From: Phallusia mammillata
Taxonomy: Eukaryota
Length of the DNA: 64,000 nucleotides
Reading direction: 5' to 3'
Assembly (NCBI GenBank): GCA_965637545.1
Contig: OZ281500.1
Span: forward strand, 7,068,001 to 7,132,000
Of the stretch, positions 49,601 to 61,927 are shown piece after piece (position 1 is the first letter of the stretch; every line of letters starts with the position of its first letter). Under the pieces are notes generated by a model that was given only the letters and a program-made list of their open reading frames with translations, had not been told where the DNA came from and searched no databases. The position numbers and the translations under genes were made by a program.

Positions 49601-50686
49601 GGAGTGACAATTTTGCTGCTAATCGTTTACTTTTGACTTAAGTTATAATGTTTAGTCGTTAGTTTAGTTGTTTTGTGACAATTGGGTCATTTACGCATAT
49701 GGCTTTGAACCAGAGTTGTAATTGGGCCTGAAATTGGAGCCCGAACCCGAAAGTACAAGCCCGAAACCGGGCCCAAACCCGAATCGTTTTTGAGAAGCGT
49801 GTTTAGGCCCGAAAGTTTGATTGACAGGCCTATACATTGAAGCACCAGGAAAGACCAAGACAACAAACCCATATAGAAGATAATAGACAATTGGTCTTGA
49901 ACAATCCGTTTTAGGACCGTTTGACATTAGGTTAGGTCCAGCAACTGACTACTTGTTGGGGTCCGTGAAGGGGAACCTTCGAGAGATTGAAGTTTTTCTA
50001 CGATCCTATTTGGCGTCAGATCGTGCTATTGAATAAGTTTAAATCAAAGTAGAATTACACCCTACTGAAAATACCCTTTATTCCATCACAGCTAACATAT
50101 ATGCAATTGTTCGCGCACAACTCTAATGTATTTATTTGCGATGTCACAAACTGCCTTTGGATCACTGTTATGCGTGATCTTGCAAAACTAGCTAAGTTTC
50201 TGCATCCCGCTATAGGAGAAATGGAAAATGAACTAACATTGCTTATGTGTTGTGAGTAAAGTAACGTTTATTTTTATTTGCATTCACTTCATCACATTGT
50301 CATTGTTAAACGGTTACGTTAAACAGCAAGGACACCAAAAAACATGGATCATCGAGTTAAGTGTGTTGTTTTACGGGTCATTGCAGATTATAACACATGA
50401 CGTTTGCTTTTTCACGTTGATCGTAACTTAAGAATAGCGACAATAGTTTCGGTTGAGCAGTGATGCCAACCCGTGTGGATTTGCGCTGCTGCAGTTACTG
50501 AATATATATTATGACATTTACGCCATAAAGACATAAAAAACGCATAATATGTTAGTATATGTTACAGCGTAACAACTCAAATCAGTATTAGCTAGCCAGT
50601 GCATTTGTAATAAGAGTAATTTCACAATTGCACACCTGCATTGGGTCCACAAGGAATATTTTTAATCAATTCTAGACCACGTTTAA

Positions 50687-52067
50687 AGAGCCCCGGCACC
50701 GGAAAATTATTTTTTAATATGTTGTTTTTCGTATTTTTATAAACACGATTTCAGGTTTAAAACCACAAAAATCAAAGTCACTAGTCAAATATTTACGTTT
50801 TAAATCTAAAACACTGACACCTAGCAGATATTTTGTCACTTAGCTCGAACGTCATGTGACGTCACCTCGTACCAACTTGGTTTGGAGCTTGTTTGTAGTC
50901 GGTGGTTGTTAACGTTCTGCGACGCCAAATACGTTAGTCAGTTTAGCTATTTTGGTGTTTAAATGTTTTCATTTTTATACTCCAGTGTGCAAAAATGCCT
51001 GCAGTGTGTTCTTTGTATGGTTGCAATTCGAGAGGAAATCAAAAGGCCAGCAAAATGACACTTTTTCGCTTTCCAAATATAAAGCGATTGCGGTCAGCTT
51101 GGATTAAATTTGTTAACGTGAAAAAAATGGAAGGGACCAACGGAATACAGTGTTCTTTGTAGCCTACATTTCACAGATGAATGTTTCACAATCAAAATGC
51201 AGTATGACAGGGGTATGGCAAAAGTTCTGGTGTTAAAGCCAAATGCTATTTCAGCAAGAAATGCCATTGAGAGCAGCTGCAAGAAAAGTAGCCGCACAGC
51301 GTATGGTATGCTTTAGTTAATTGTTTTATAATCTCATTTAACATTAAAGTCTTTAATATTACCATTATGTTATACTAATTTAGTTTATTGTCATGCCATT
51401 TACTTGGTAATAACAAAAAAGTGTGGTTATGAAAAAAAAGGTGTAATAATATCAATACATTTTCATGTAGGGAACCACCCGATCTAAGCTATGAACCAAA
51501 ATACATTGTGTGTAAAAAAAAACTTCTTCACCTCTTAAATGGTGTACCAGAAGTAAATTAACTGCAGATTTCTCTGGACACTCAGCTAAATTTGGTACAT
51601 ACACAATGATGGATGATGGATCTTTGCAACAATAAAATTGCTATTAACCTTGTTCAGGTATTCAGATGGTATATAATATTTTCTAGAGTAATGAAGTGGT
51701 AAACAGCAATGATATGGAAAAAGAAGGATTCTTGGGATGCATTGAAAACATCACAAGCAAGTGATTGTTTATTAAAGCCTTTGTTACTGACAGGCATCCA
51801 CAAATCATTAAATACATTAGTGAAGAATTGTCACAAACAAAACATTATTTTGATGTTTGGCATGTAGCTACATGTATATATGTTAGAAATAAAAGATGAG
51901 CATACACCAGTATATTTGTTTTTATGGTTTTAATTTTAGGAATCCAAAAGAAACTGACAGCACTTTCTAACAAAGCATGTTGCAAAGAGTTGGGACCTTG
52001 GGTGAAAAGCTTATGCAACCACATGTATTGTTGTGCAGCAACGTCACAAGGCAATTCACAACTTATA
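50687..52067 (+). mobile_element. Kolobok DNA transposon, copy 1 (non-autonomous, right part missing)
   Basis: TTAA followed by AGAGCCCCGGCACC. Frameshifted THAP domain from 50996 (MPAVCSLYGC..LFRFP..W..LCSLHFTDECF..LKPNAI). Transposase fragments SNDMEKEGF..TDRHPQI..FDVWH..KKL..CNHMY. Colinear with 61928-63317. Confidence 0.85.
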
Positions 52068-52699
52068 CTTCGTTTCCATGGCCACTTTATGTCCGTCTTT
52101 TATGGCCGAGTGACCATATTTGGAAGTGACCCAAATGACGCACGGCCAAATACATGGCCATAAGCGGTTTTCGTATGTCCTTCCCGCAGGGGTGGACATA
52201 CGGCTTATGGCCGTCTTTACATGGCCATTCGCGCAGATTCAGGTGTTTTGTTACCAGTGCAAAAATGAAACGACTGTTAAGTTTAAGTTATCTGCAAATG
52301 TTTTTCATCATTATGGTAACGAAATGGATTATATCAAGCAGCTTATTGAATTTTTGACCCCCGTGGATTTGGGTTCTGAGCAATGGATTGAACTCTTGAC
52401 TGGTTACACATCATATTAGTTGAGACATATTTCATTGCTAAGTTCTATCAAGAAAAGCTCACCAAGACCTAAACTGTTAAAAAAGATGCACTGAGGAGAT
52501 GACCAAGGTAAATTTACAATTATCTTTTTCAATAATATTGCATTCCTGATGCAACCAAGCATGATTTTAATAATTGTTCTGTGTGTAGGAACTGCTAGCA
52601 TTTTGTGCAAGAGGTAATTACAAGAAACTTCAAAACCTTTGGCCTCTGTTTCAACAACTAACTTTACAACTACAAACAAATCAGGCTCTTACAAGAGAA

Positions 52700-55600
52700 A
52701 CACATTCATCTTTAGATGTTTTGGAAACCCAAATACAAGAGAATCATAAGACCTACTTAAATCAATTCAAACTCTGCTAAGTTTCACTGCTTTATGGAAC
52801 AAAACATACTTAATGAGGATAAATATATAACAACAGGGGAAAACTTAGACAAGTTAGACAAGCCAACAAATCAAAAATCTTCATTAATGAAAGTTTAACA
52901 AAAATGAACAAAAAGCTGTTTAACTGCTGTCTGCATCACAAAAAATCAGCAAATCTTCAGTACATATGGACAAAAAATGGAACAATTCCTTTGAAAAAGG
53001 ATGATGAAAGTGCAACCATTGCTATACGGAATATAGAGGACATGAGTCTTCACAACATTCCATGGGATGATGTAGAAGCCTCAAGGATTGTTGACAAGTA
53101 ATGTATATATATATCCACAGCTTTTGTCCTGGTGATAAATTATTATTGTTAGTTTTTCCTTTTTTACTTGTTGTTACACTGTCTCAAATGAATACTACAT
53201 TTAAATGACTGGAATGGCAACATATTATGATATAACTGATTATAATTCCTTACTTTCAACTGTCTCTTGTAATGACATTGTGATAATTCATTTTAATGTA
53301 AGAAGTTTGACAAAAAACTATGATGTTTTGATGGAGTTCATTGATACCTGTAATTTAAAGCCCGACATCATTGCAATCTCCGAAACCAAACTCAATGATC
53401 AAACCTCTTTAAATGTTAGCATATCCGGATACAACTTTGTTCAGCATAATTCTGAAACACATGCTGGTGGGGTTGGTTTGTACATTAAAGAATCATTCAC
53501 ATTTAATATTACTAAAACATATTTCATTGCAATGCCAAAATGTGAAAACCTTTGGGTTGAGCTACAACTTCAGGATACAAAACATGTGATCATAGGGGTG
53601 GTATACCGACATCCAAGTTATAACATTTCCGAATTTCAGACAAACTTAGAAAAATGTCTGTTTGCTCTAAATAAAAAGAAAACTGTTTTTTACATTCTTG
53701 GGGATTTCAATATTGACCTAAGTACTAGCAGTACACTATGCAACAACTACAAGGAAATGTTGACAAGCCTAAACATAAAACCATTGATCAATACATACTC
53801 TCACATAGCTCCTTCCCTAACAAGATCTGCCATAGATCATATATATACAAATAATGACATAGGGCAACTCGTACCTGGTTTAGTAGAATTTGATATATCT
53901 GACCATCTTCCAATATTCGTCATTGCCAAACACATCCCACACAAAGTAGTCACCACAACAAGGAAATTCAGAACCTATAAAAACTTCAATCTAGAAAGCT
54001 ATTGTGAAGATATACTGCAAATCCAAGCCAACGTCATATTACCTTCATCTGTTGAAGAAACAATGGTTCACATAATGTCGCTTTTGCAAGAAGTAATAAA
54101 CAAACATGCACCATATGCTAAGCCTCCCAAAAATCGTCGCAAACATAACCCATGGATCACAAGAGCAATTCTGAACTCCATTAACACTAAGAACAAAATG
54201 TACAAAAAACAATCCACTCGGACAACACAAACATCAAAACAACTTACAAACTTTATGCAAAAATGCTTAAAAATGTCATAACAAAATCTAAACAACTTTA
54301 CTACACAAACCTTTTTACAGCTAACCAAAACAATCCCCAAAAAACCTGGCAGACAATACGGAATATCACCTCACACAAACAAACAAAACACAACAACATC
54401 ACAAAAGTTACAAATAACTCACAACACATTACAGATCCCACATTAATAGCTGATGCATTCAACACCTACTTTTCGACAATTGGCAGCAACATGGCAAGCA
54501 AAATTCTCTCTACACCACAACCTCCAACATTATTTCTTCCCTGTCCGACTTCAAATTCATTTTCATTTATACCTACAGATGCAAGTGAGGTTTATAATAT
54601 TATAATGGCACTAAACGAAAGGAAGGCACCAGGACCATACGATATACCTGTAAACTTGCTTAAACTTGGTGCCCCATATCTATCTCATCTGCTTAGTGAC
54701 ATATTCAATGAATGTGTTCATTCCGGTGTCTATCCCAATTGTCTAAAACTGGCAAAAGTCATTCCGTGCTTCAAAGGTGGGAATTCCCAGGAAATGTCCA
54801 ACTACCGGCCAATATCACTGTTACCAATTGTGTCAAAAGTGCTTGAAAGATTAATACACAGCAGAATGACAGATTACCTGCACAAGTTTAAACTCATTAC
54901 CAAGTTCCAGAACGGCTTCCGACCCAAACACTCCACAAGTCTGACTATAGCAGAAATTCATGACCAACTTGTTTTAAATTGTGACAATGGTCAAATCACC
55001 TGTGGAGTTTTCTTGGATTTGGCAAAAGCATTTGACACTGTTGACCACACCATACTGCTGCAAAAGTTAAGTTGCTATGGTTTTAGAGGACACATACTGG
55101 ATTTTTTTAAAAGTTACCTGACAGATCGGAAGCAAATTACTCACATCTATCCAAACCACAATTCTGGCAGCCAAGATATGACTTGTGGCATTCCACAAGG
55201 ATCTATTTTGGGTCCTTTGCTTTTTATATTATATATAAATGACTTGCCAACAGCATCTAGATTTAACACAAGATTATTTGCGGATGACACATTTCTCTGG
55301 ATGTCAGGCAGCAACTTCTCTGTACTACAAAAAAATGTACATGAAGAATTTGGCAAGGTTGACCAATGGATGCGGGCAAACAAGTTGTCACTAAACTACA
55401 AAAAAACAAAATTTATGATATTCACCAAGAAGAAAGATATCCTTCATTCCAAATTTAAAATAACATATGGACACAACTCTATAGAAGAGGTGCAAACAGT
55501 GAAATACCTTGGCGTGTTTTTTGACAACAAATTAAATTTTAAACCCCACATACAATATCTTCGCAAAAAAATTAGTTGCAGTGCTGGCATGCTTGCCAAG

Positions 55601-56152
55601 CTACGACGTCTGCCTGAAAACATTAAACACGTTGGTTTTCACACATTCAAAAAGAAAGTAAAGCAGTTTCTTGTTAGCAAATACGCTTTATTTTAAAATT
55701 TGTTCAGTCATTACATGCTGCCCCCACCCACGTGCTGTGGTAAACATGCCTTGCATTGTTTTTGTTCTGATTACTGTGTCCAATCAACAACTATTACGCG
55801 CTGCTGGCCTTCTTTTTTCCTTGCTAATTTGCCCTCCAGCTTTTCAAATCAATCCTGCGATCGTTCTTCCATTGTATTGCTATTATGTTTCTTTATTTTA
55901 TTACGTATCGTTGCTGCTGCATTGCTCAGCAACTTCGCCCTAACAGTCACTCTTTCGGTCTAGGTGACCGCTAATTACCCATCGTCCTTTTTCGTAGTTC
56001 ATCGCTACTGAATAAACAATAGTAGGTCAATGACTTGGCGGCCAATGATTGGCCTTTCATTGACCCGTCACGCAGATACTTTTGTTGTGCAATTTCGTTT
56101 TTTTTCTCGTTGTGCAATGTCTCGTGACAAATAAACCATTGAATTGAAATTG
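52700..56152 (+). mobile_element. Non-LTR retrotransposon of the CR1/L2 group (Crack/Daphne-like), decayed; 5' boundary uncertain
   Basis: ORF1 remnant KIFINESLTKMNKKLF..YIWTKNG. AP endonuclease 53205-54281 (HFNVRSL, IAISETKL, GDFN, IDHI, SDH). RT 54263-55696 (NYRPISLLP, FLDLAKAFDTVDH, GIPQGSILGPLLF, FADDT, KYLG). Frameshift near 54265. 3' end AATAAA plus (A)TTGA repeats. Confidence 0.92.
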
Positions 56153-57390
56153 TATGTAAACAATTTTGTACTTATTCATGCACTAAATTTATAAACGTGA
56201 CCAACATAACTGGTACACAATGGACTTGTACACAATGGATAATTTAATTAAACTAAAAAACCAATAAATATTAAGATGCATTGCTAAATTTGAAACAGTA
56301 AACAATTGCCCTCACTAAGTATTATGTACATATACATTTGTATGATTCATTTTATTTTCTGGTATACAATATGTAGTAAAGCATGATAAACCTCACTAAA
56401 CCTGTTGAATTTTAGTGAATATTTTGCTTCTCATCAGTTAATAAAAGTTGTTTTCAACATATTTATTGTATTTTGTGTAAATACACAAGCAAGGTGTGTA
56501 TATAAGAGATATAGTTCAATGACATGTCGAATGAAGCTGTAAACAGGTAAACCCTCCTCTCTCTGAGGAATGTGTGAAGTGGGACAGGTGAATTAATTTC
56601 CAGGGATTGTAAAGAACACTGCATGCAATAAATAAGCTTCACCAAGGTTCTCCTCTGTTTGCCTCTTAACCTGTAAGCACCAAGTATGATTAAGAACACA
56701 GTGTGTATAAAATTAAAACAAACACTTGTCAATTTGATTACCTTTTTAATATCCAACAATTTCCCTGTTTCCTTTTGTTAATACATCTTATTTATCAAGT
56801 ACTTCCACATACTGTTGGCAGCGAATTCCAGCTGCTAATATATTATATAATACCAATATTTTGATATAGTTACAACTGACAAAAAATGTTTCTAAACTTT
56901 GGTGAAATGATCAGTTTTGCACATAAAATGAAAACCAACAACTTGAAACCGGCAATCTTTCCCGCTACTCGTCACACTTGAACAAACTTGCGGACATGGA
57001 AACGCATGCGCTTTTGGGCCATTCGCGTTTGTTCGACTATGCGAAATGGCCATGTTTTATGTCCATGTTCATGTGACAGAGTCGGGTTTTAAACTCCAAG
57101 TTAGTTCCGCTATAGGGGTCTGTAGGCAATACTGCTTTTTTAACTCCCGACATTAACTTTTAACATGGCAAAACCTATAAAACGCTAAATGTGATCAAAG
57201 TGAATGACACAGATATCATGAGTGATGTTAAAATCCATATCTTTCAAAAGTCGTCAAACAACAAACGCTTTTACTTTTGAACTTTAAGTTGACTGCAACC
57301 CAGCTAACAATTTGACGTATATAAGACGTCGATTTTTGGTTAATTTTTGGGGCTGGTTACGTTTTCTGAAAACGTTTATTTAACGTAAAT

Positions 57391-57960
57391 GTGTGGACTC
57401 CAGTCTACGTAGAAACAACGAAAAAAACTACGTTCGCATAAACGTCCCTACTACGTATCTCCTCAACGTCGCTACTAAATCTGTCATTACAACGTTGATT
57501 TCCTACGTCGAAATAACGTGCCCCCGAACGTTCGTTTTACGTAAAAGTGTGGACTCCAGTCTACGTAGATACAACGAAATAAATTACGTCGAGTTAGACG
57601 TCAATGTTACGTATCTCCTCAACGTCGCTAGTAAATCTGTCATTACAACGTTGATTTCCTACGTCGAAATTACGTGCCCCCGAACGTTCGTTTTACGTAA
57701 AAGTGTGGACTCCAGTCTACGTAGATATACAACGAAATAAACCACGTTGGGTTAGACGTCATAGTTACGTTCTAGTCAACCCGTCATTTGAACGTTACAC
57801 ATCTTCGTCAAGATTACGTGCCCTCGAACGTTGGTTTTACGTCAATTTAGGGGCTTCAGTGAACGTAGATACAACGAAATAAACTACGTTCCAGTTACGT
57901 TTTTCCTTTAACGTCGCTACTAAGTCCGTCATACAACGTGGCATTTTTACGTCAAAATAT
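57391..57960 (+). repeat. 156-bp tandem subterminal repeat array (about 3.5 units) rich in ACGT motifs
   Basis: GTGTGGACTCCAGTCTACGTAGA starts at 57391, 57547 and 57703. A diverged third unit and a partial fourth follow. Confidence 0.9.
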
Positions 57961-58039
57961 CAAGTTCTATACGTTTCATTTACGTAGTTGGATCGACTGC
58001 CATAATAGACCGCCACCCAATGTTGCGTCACAGCGTGTG

Positions 58040-58225
58040 CTAAAAATGGTGACTTTGAAACGGTGGTAAATGCAGTTAATTAAATTAAAAGCCTGACCTC
58101 CCATCAACTTAGGACAAACTTAACCACACAAACTTGTCATCACATTTATTCTGAATCTGATGACATTAAAAAAATTGTTGAAGCAGAACTGCTGGAAAGT
58201 GAGTGGTCCAATTTCTACAAAAACA
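58040..58225 (+). pseudogene. Possible decayed hAT (Buster/SPIN-like) transposase fragment
   Basis: FETVVNAVN*IKS..HQLR..AELLESEW loosely resembles VV..VN.IRSR..HRQF and EL.D.EW. Contains a stop and is short. Confidence 0.3.
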
Positions 58226-58266
58226 AATATGATTAGACATGGGCGATTTAAACCAAGCAACTGTTA

Positions 58267-60303
58267 TCAGCCGTCAGCACATAAAGAGTTTTGTACCTTG
58301 TAAGTAGATCCACCCCGCTTGCGAGGTGAGTGCTTCAGATACTCGCTGATGTCCCTCTCAAGTCCTTTTACATCGGCCTGTTTGTGGGTTTTTAAACAGG
58401 CTTCTGCAATAAATATAGAATGTTGTAAGTTGCACTCAAAAATCTAACACTGCAATTCTAACTTTTATAATAGATATACACATGCTTTTTGGACAATAGG
58501 TAAATTAAACTATAGTTATAAAATATAATAGCATCAAATATAAAGAAATAAAATAACATAACAGCACAAACACCAGTTTAGAAAATAATTGTTTCACACA
58601 TATTAAATGACTTACTTATTATAACTTTACACAGAACAAGGTGGCAAAATGCCCGCTTTCCCTTTCTTCCTCTGAAACTAAATTCAGACCAAACGCAATT
58701 ATCTCCACACGCTTTCATTGCCCCTCTGGCCATCTCTGCTGCAGTGGACCCTCCCAATCTTCTCAAATATTTGATCTGCATTTGAATTATGCCATTATTT
58801 ATACTAGGTGAAGTAAGGGGAATCCCTAAAAAAACTTAACATTTAAAATACAACAAATAATCTCTCTTTTTAAACAGTATCAAAAACCCAATAAGACTGA
58901 CATTGTATAATAATCATAGGTTTACAAAAACTCCATCAAAAGCTAAGCAACATACCACTTCATTTCTATACTCTCTTGTAAGCAAACGTTCTTCCAACTC
59001 TAAAAGTTCATCCACAGAGATCGCTGGGTGTAGTTCTAACTCCTTTTCAGTTGAAGAACTTTGCTTGAGGAACGCATTTATTTCTTGAACATGTTCCAAA
59101 ATTACATTCAGCTTTTCTGAACAAGAAAGTTTGGTTTACTAATCGCACGATTACAATATTAATTTGCTCAAAGCAATCTAGCTTACTTTCAAGCAAATTT
59201 TCCTCTTCGTCGTTTGGTCTGGATTGCTTACTTTCAAGCAAATTTTCCTTGTCATTTGGTCCTGGTTCTATTAAGTAAATAACAAAGTGGATGATAAAAT
59301 GTTGTTTAACCACCAAAATACGTCTACTAAACAGACCTTTGTGAGTTGTTGGGAATACGTCTTCATCACCTAGAACATATTTATTCGATAAAAAAATATA
59401 AATATAAATAATAATGATCAATGCTAAATCCACTATAAAGGCAAAGTAACTCATTTGATGTTTTTTCGGCAAAATAAACTGGTTTATGAATGAATTATCA
59501 ACACACCACACTTCTCATTAGACCACAAAGATTTTTTTTACGAGTTTTTGTTGTAAAGGTCTGTAAAAATGCCCTACTGATTGAACTACAAAAGCAGCTT
59601 ACAAGTTTTCTCTGACCTTGTAAATTTTCAGTTGTTTTTCCTCCTTGTGTCACCTCCTTACTGTCACTATCAAGGTTCGATGTGTCTAATGCTAAAAAGC
59701 ATTTTTTCGATGCCTTTTCGTAATTATCTTTTCAAATACATTAAAGTAAGACTGAATGTTTATCAAAATCAGTTTCTGTATAAATGTACCTGCATGACCT
59801 AGCTCTCTAAACTTATGTGTGGTCCAAGTTTCTGTGTCTGGTATTTCCTCCTTTCTAGCTTTTTGTCTTGCACCATTCTTTGGCCAAAAACATTTCTAAG
59901 ATAAACAGTAAAAAAATGATCACTGTAAATCAATCGAACTACCAAATGTGTTCTACAACTTGGGTTTGCACCAAGTCTGCAAAACAATTTACTTGGTCTG
60001 GTTTTCTCCTTTCACTTGTAGGTTTTTGTAACAATATACACTGACTATACCTAACCTTAACATATACTTGTATTGGACCTTACTCATATTCTATGAGCTG
60101 ATGACAGTATTAAAATTTAAGCATGTTGGGTTGTAATGTAACAATTATAACTTGGCTTTCCATTACAAAATAAACTTTGCAGTAGTCCTGTTAATACAAC
60201 AATAAAAAACACACCAAATTTAACTTACTCCTGGAGAAATAACCCACGAGCTGTGAATGACTTCTACACTTTTCTCTTCCACAAATTCGACAATGAAATA
60301 CAT
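58267..60303 (-). CDS. Spliced transposon accessory gene with a DUF4806-like C-terminal domain
   Basis: First exon MYFIVEFVEEKSVEVIHSSW, then KCFWPK..WTTHKFREL..YEKA..DTSNL. Later LHPAISVDELLELEERL, YLRRLGG..MKAC..WSEFSFRGRKGKRAFCHL.LC..I, and a final exon EYLKHSPRKRGG. Internal exon limits are not fully resolved. Confidence 0.7.
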
Positions 60304-60374
60304 TTCTGCAAAATATTAGGTCATTATATTGTGGGCAAATGTATTTATGTCAAAAGAAACTACAGTCATGTACT

Positions 60375-61927
60375 TTATATGTCATGCAAAATAGCCATTA
60401 GAAGCTGTTTTTTAACACATTTAACACAAAAAGCTTGAACAAAATTTTGATCAAATGAAACAACTTTCATTCGTGTAACTAGTGGATTAACAACATACAC
60501 CCCAATCATTTTTGAGTCACAAGGATATTTAAATAAACTTTGAGGATTAGGATATAATCGGCATAAATATTTAACGGAACTATCAGTGTCTCCACAAATC
60601 TTGCTTACTACATCCACACACATGACGTCTGATTTTCCAAAGTTAATGACAAAAGAGTTATTTGGTTCTTTGGTAGGTAGGTCACATATCACTTTACTTG
60701 AAAGTTTTCTGACAGAACTTTTTTCGTGTACACGTTTGACAACTTGTGCGATTGGATTCTTTCCTGATCTAACCATTTTTTTTAACCCTTGCAAAAAATT
60801 CTCAAATTTAAACCCACTGCAAGCATCTAGACCACCAAAGTGAATAGCATCCTCGGACAAGTGCAACAAGCTATGAATGTTGTACACCATGAACTCCTGG
60901 CCATACAAGGTTCTACAATTAGAGACAAAATCTCTCATCAGTGAACTTGCAATTGACGATTGTAACGAGACCAATGACGGAGATATCAAAATTGCCATTG
61001 CAATGCTAAGAGTCAAAAAATGATTGTACAATTTTTTGGGCAAAACTTTATGAAGCACAATTTTTCCAGTATATAACAAAAACTGTCGGAACTCAGTTGC
61101 TTTCCAGTGTTCTATTTCCTTTAATGTTCTTGGTTTTCTTGCAAATACAGAGGGTACAAAAGATTTGAGGTGGATCAGTTTTTCAGAAATTAAATTTATT
61201 TGTTGTACCCCTAGTCTAACATTTTTAGGGCCTCTAACCCATGTTACTAAAAGTTTTTTCATGACACCCAAGCACACTTGGTGCATATAATCAATAGGAA
61301 ACTGTTTTACCATGTTGATAGGCAGGCCACAAAATGGAGATAAACTGTTGTGATGCTGTTTGTTTACTTGGCTACGAAAAGACTCATCAGTTCGTTCAAC
61401 ATAATTACATGTTTCTTGGTATGTCATGCGACCCACCCAAGTACCCTGTTGAGCACATTTGTCACATCCATAATACCCACAAAAAAGTTTTGTTCCTTTA
61501 ACCATTGATCGTGCAGGAGCATCACAAACTACACTGTGGATCTTGCATGCAAAAGTAATACCCTTGTAAAAAATTCCATGTGTCAAAATATTATTCAGTT
61601 CTTGTATGAAATCTTCTAAAAAGTCCAAGTTCGATGGTTTAGATAATCCATATGTAAGACACACACAAAATACACATTTTAAGTTTACTATGCAACCAAC
61701 TACAGGCCAAAAACAAGATTTGGAACTTTTGAACAAAGGCAAACCATCAATATTAAAAGCAAGTTCCAAGTGCTTAGGCAACATTTCTTTTTCTTCAAAC
61801 ACATCTAGTTGAGCAATAATCTTTTTTTGCAAGCCAAAATTGTAGTACTGCATTCCAGACTTGTTAGTAATGGAAATATTTGTTTGTGTCTGAAGAAGTG
61901 TCCGTGAACAGGATGGAACATCTTTAA
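60375..61927 (-). CDS. EnSpm/CACTA-type DDE transposase; 5' end cut off by the Kolobok insertion
   Basis: RTLL.T, LAFNIDGLPLFKSS..FWP, VCDAPARSMVKG..GYYGCDKC, DYMHQVCLGVMK, WKATEFRQFLLYTG, YNIHSLLHL, FKFENFL..PIAQV. The ORF-track start (MPGL) is Kolobok terminal sequence. Confidence 0.88.

Larger units (their letters stand above)
57299..61927 (-). mobile_element. EnSpm/CACTA-superfamily transposon (animal type); the other end lies beyond the window
   Basis: Terminus CCCAGCTAACA at 57299, ACGT-rich subterminal array, a transposase gene and a spliced accessory gene, both on the minus strand. Confidence 0.8.

Noticed and set aside
57393-57740. 115-aa repetitive ORF, and the array as a CRISPR locus
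   Set aside because: The ORF is a translation of the 156-bp (52-codon) tandem unit. There are no unique spacers or cas genes, and the context is eukaryotic.
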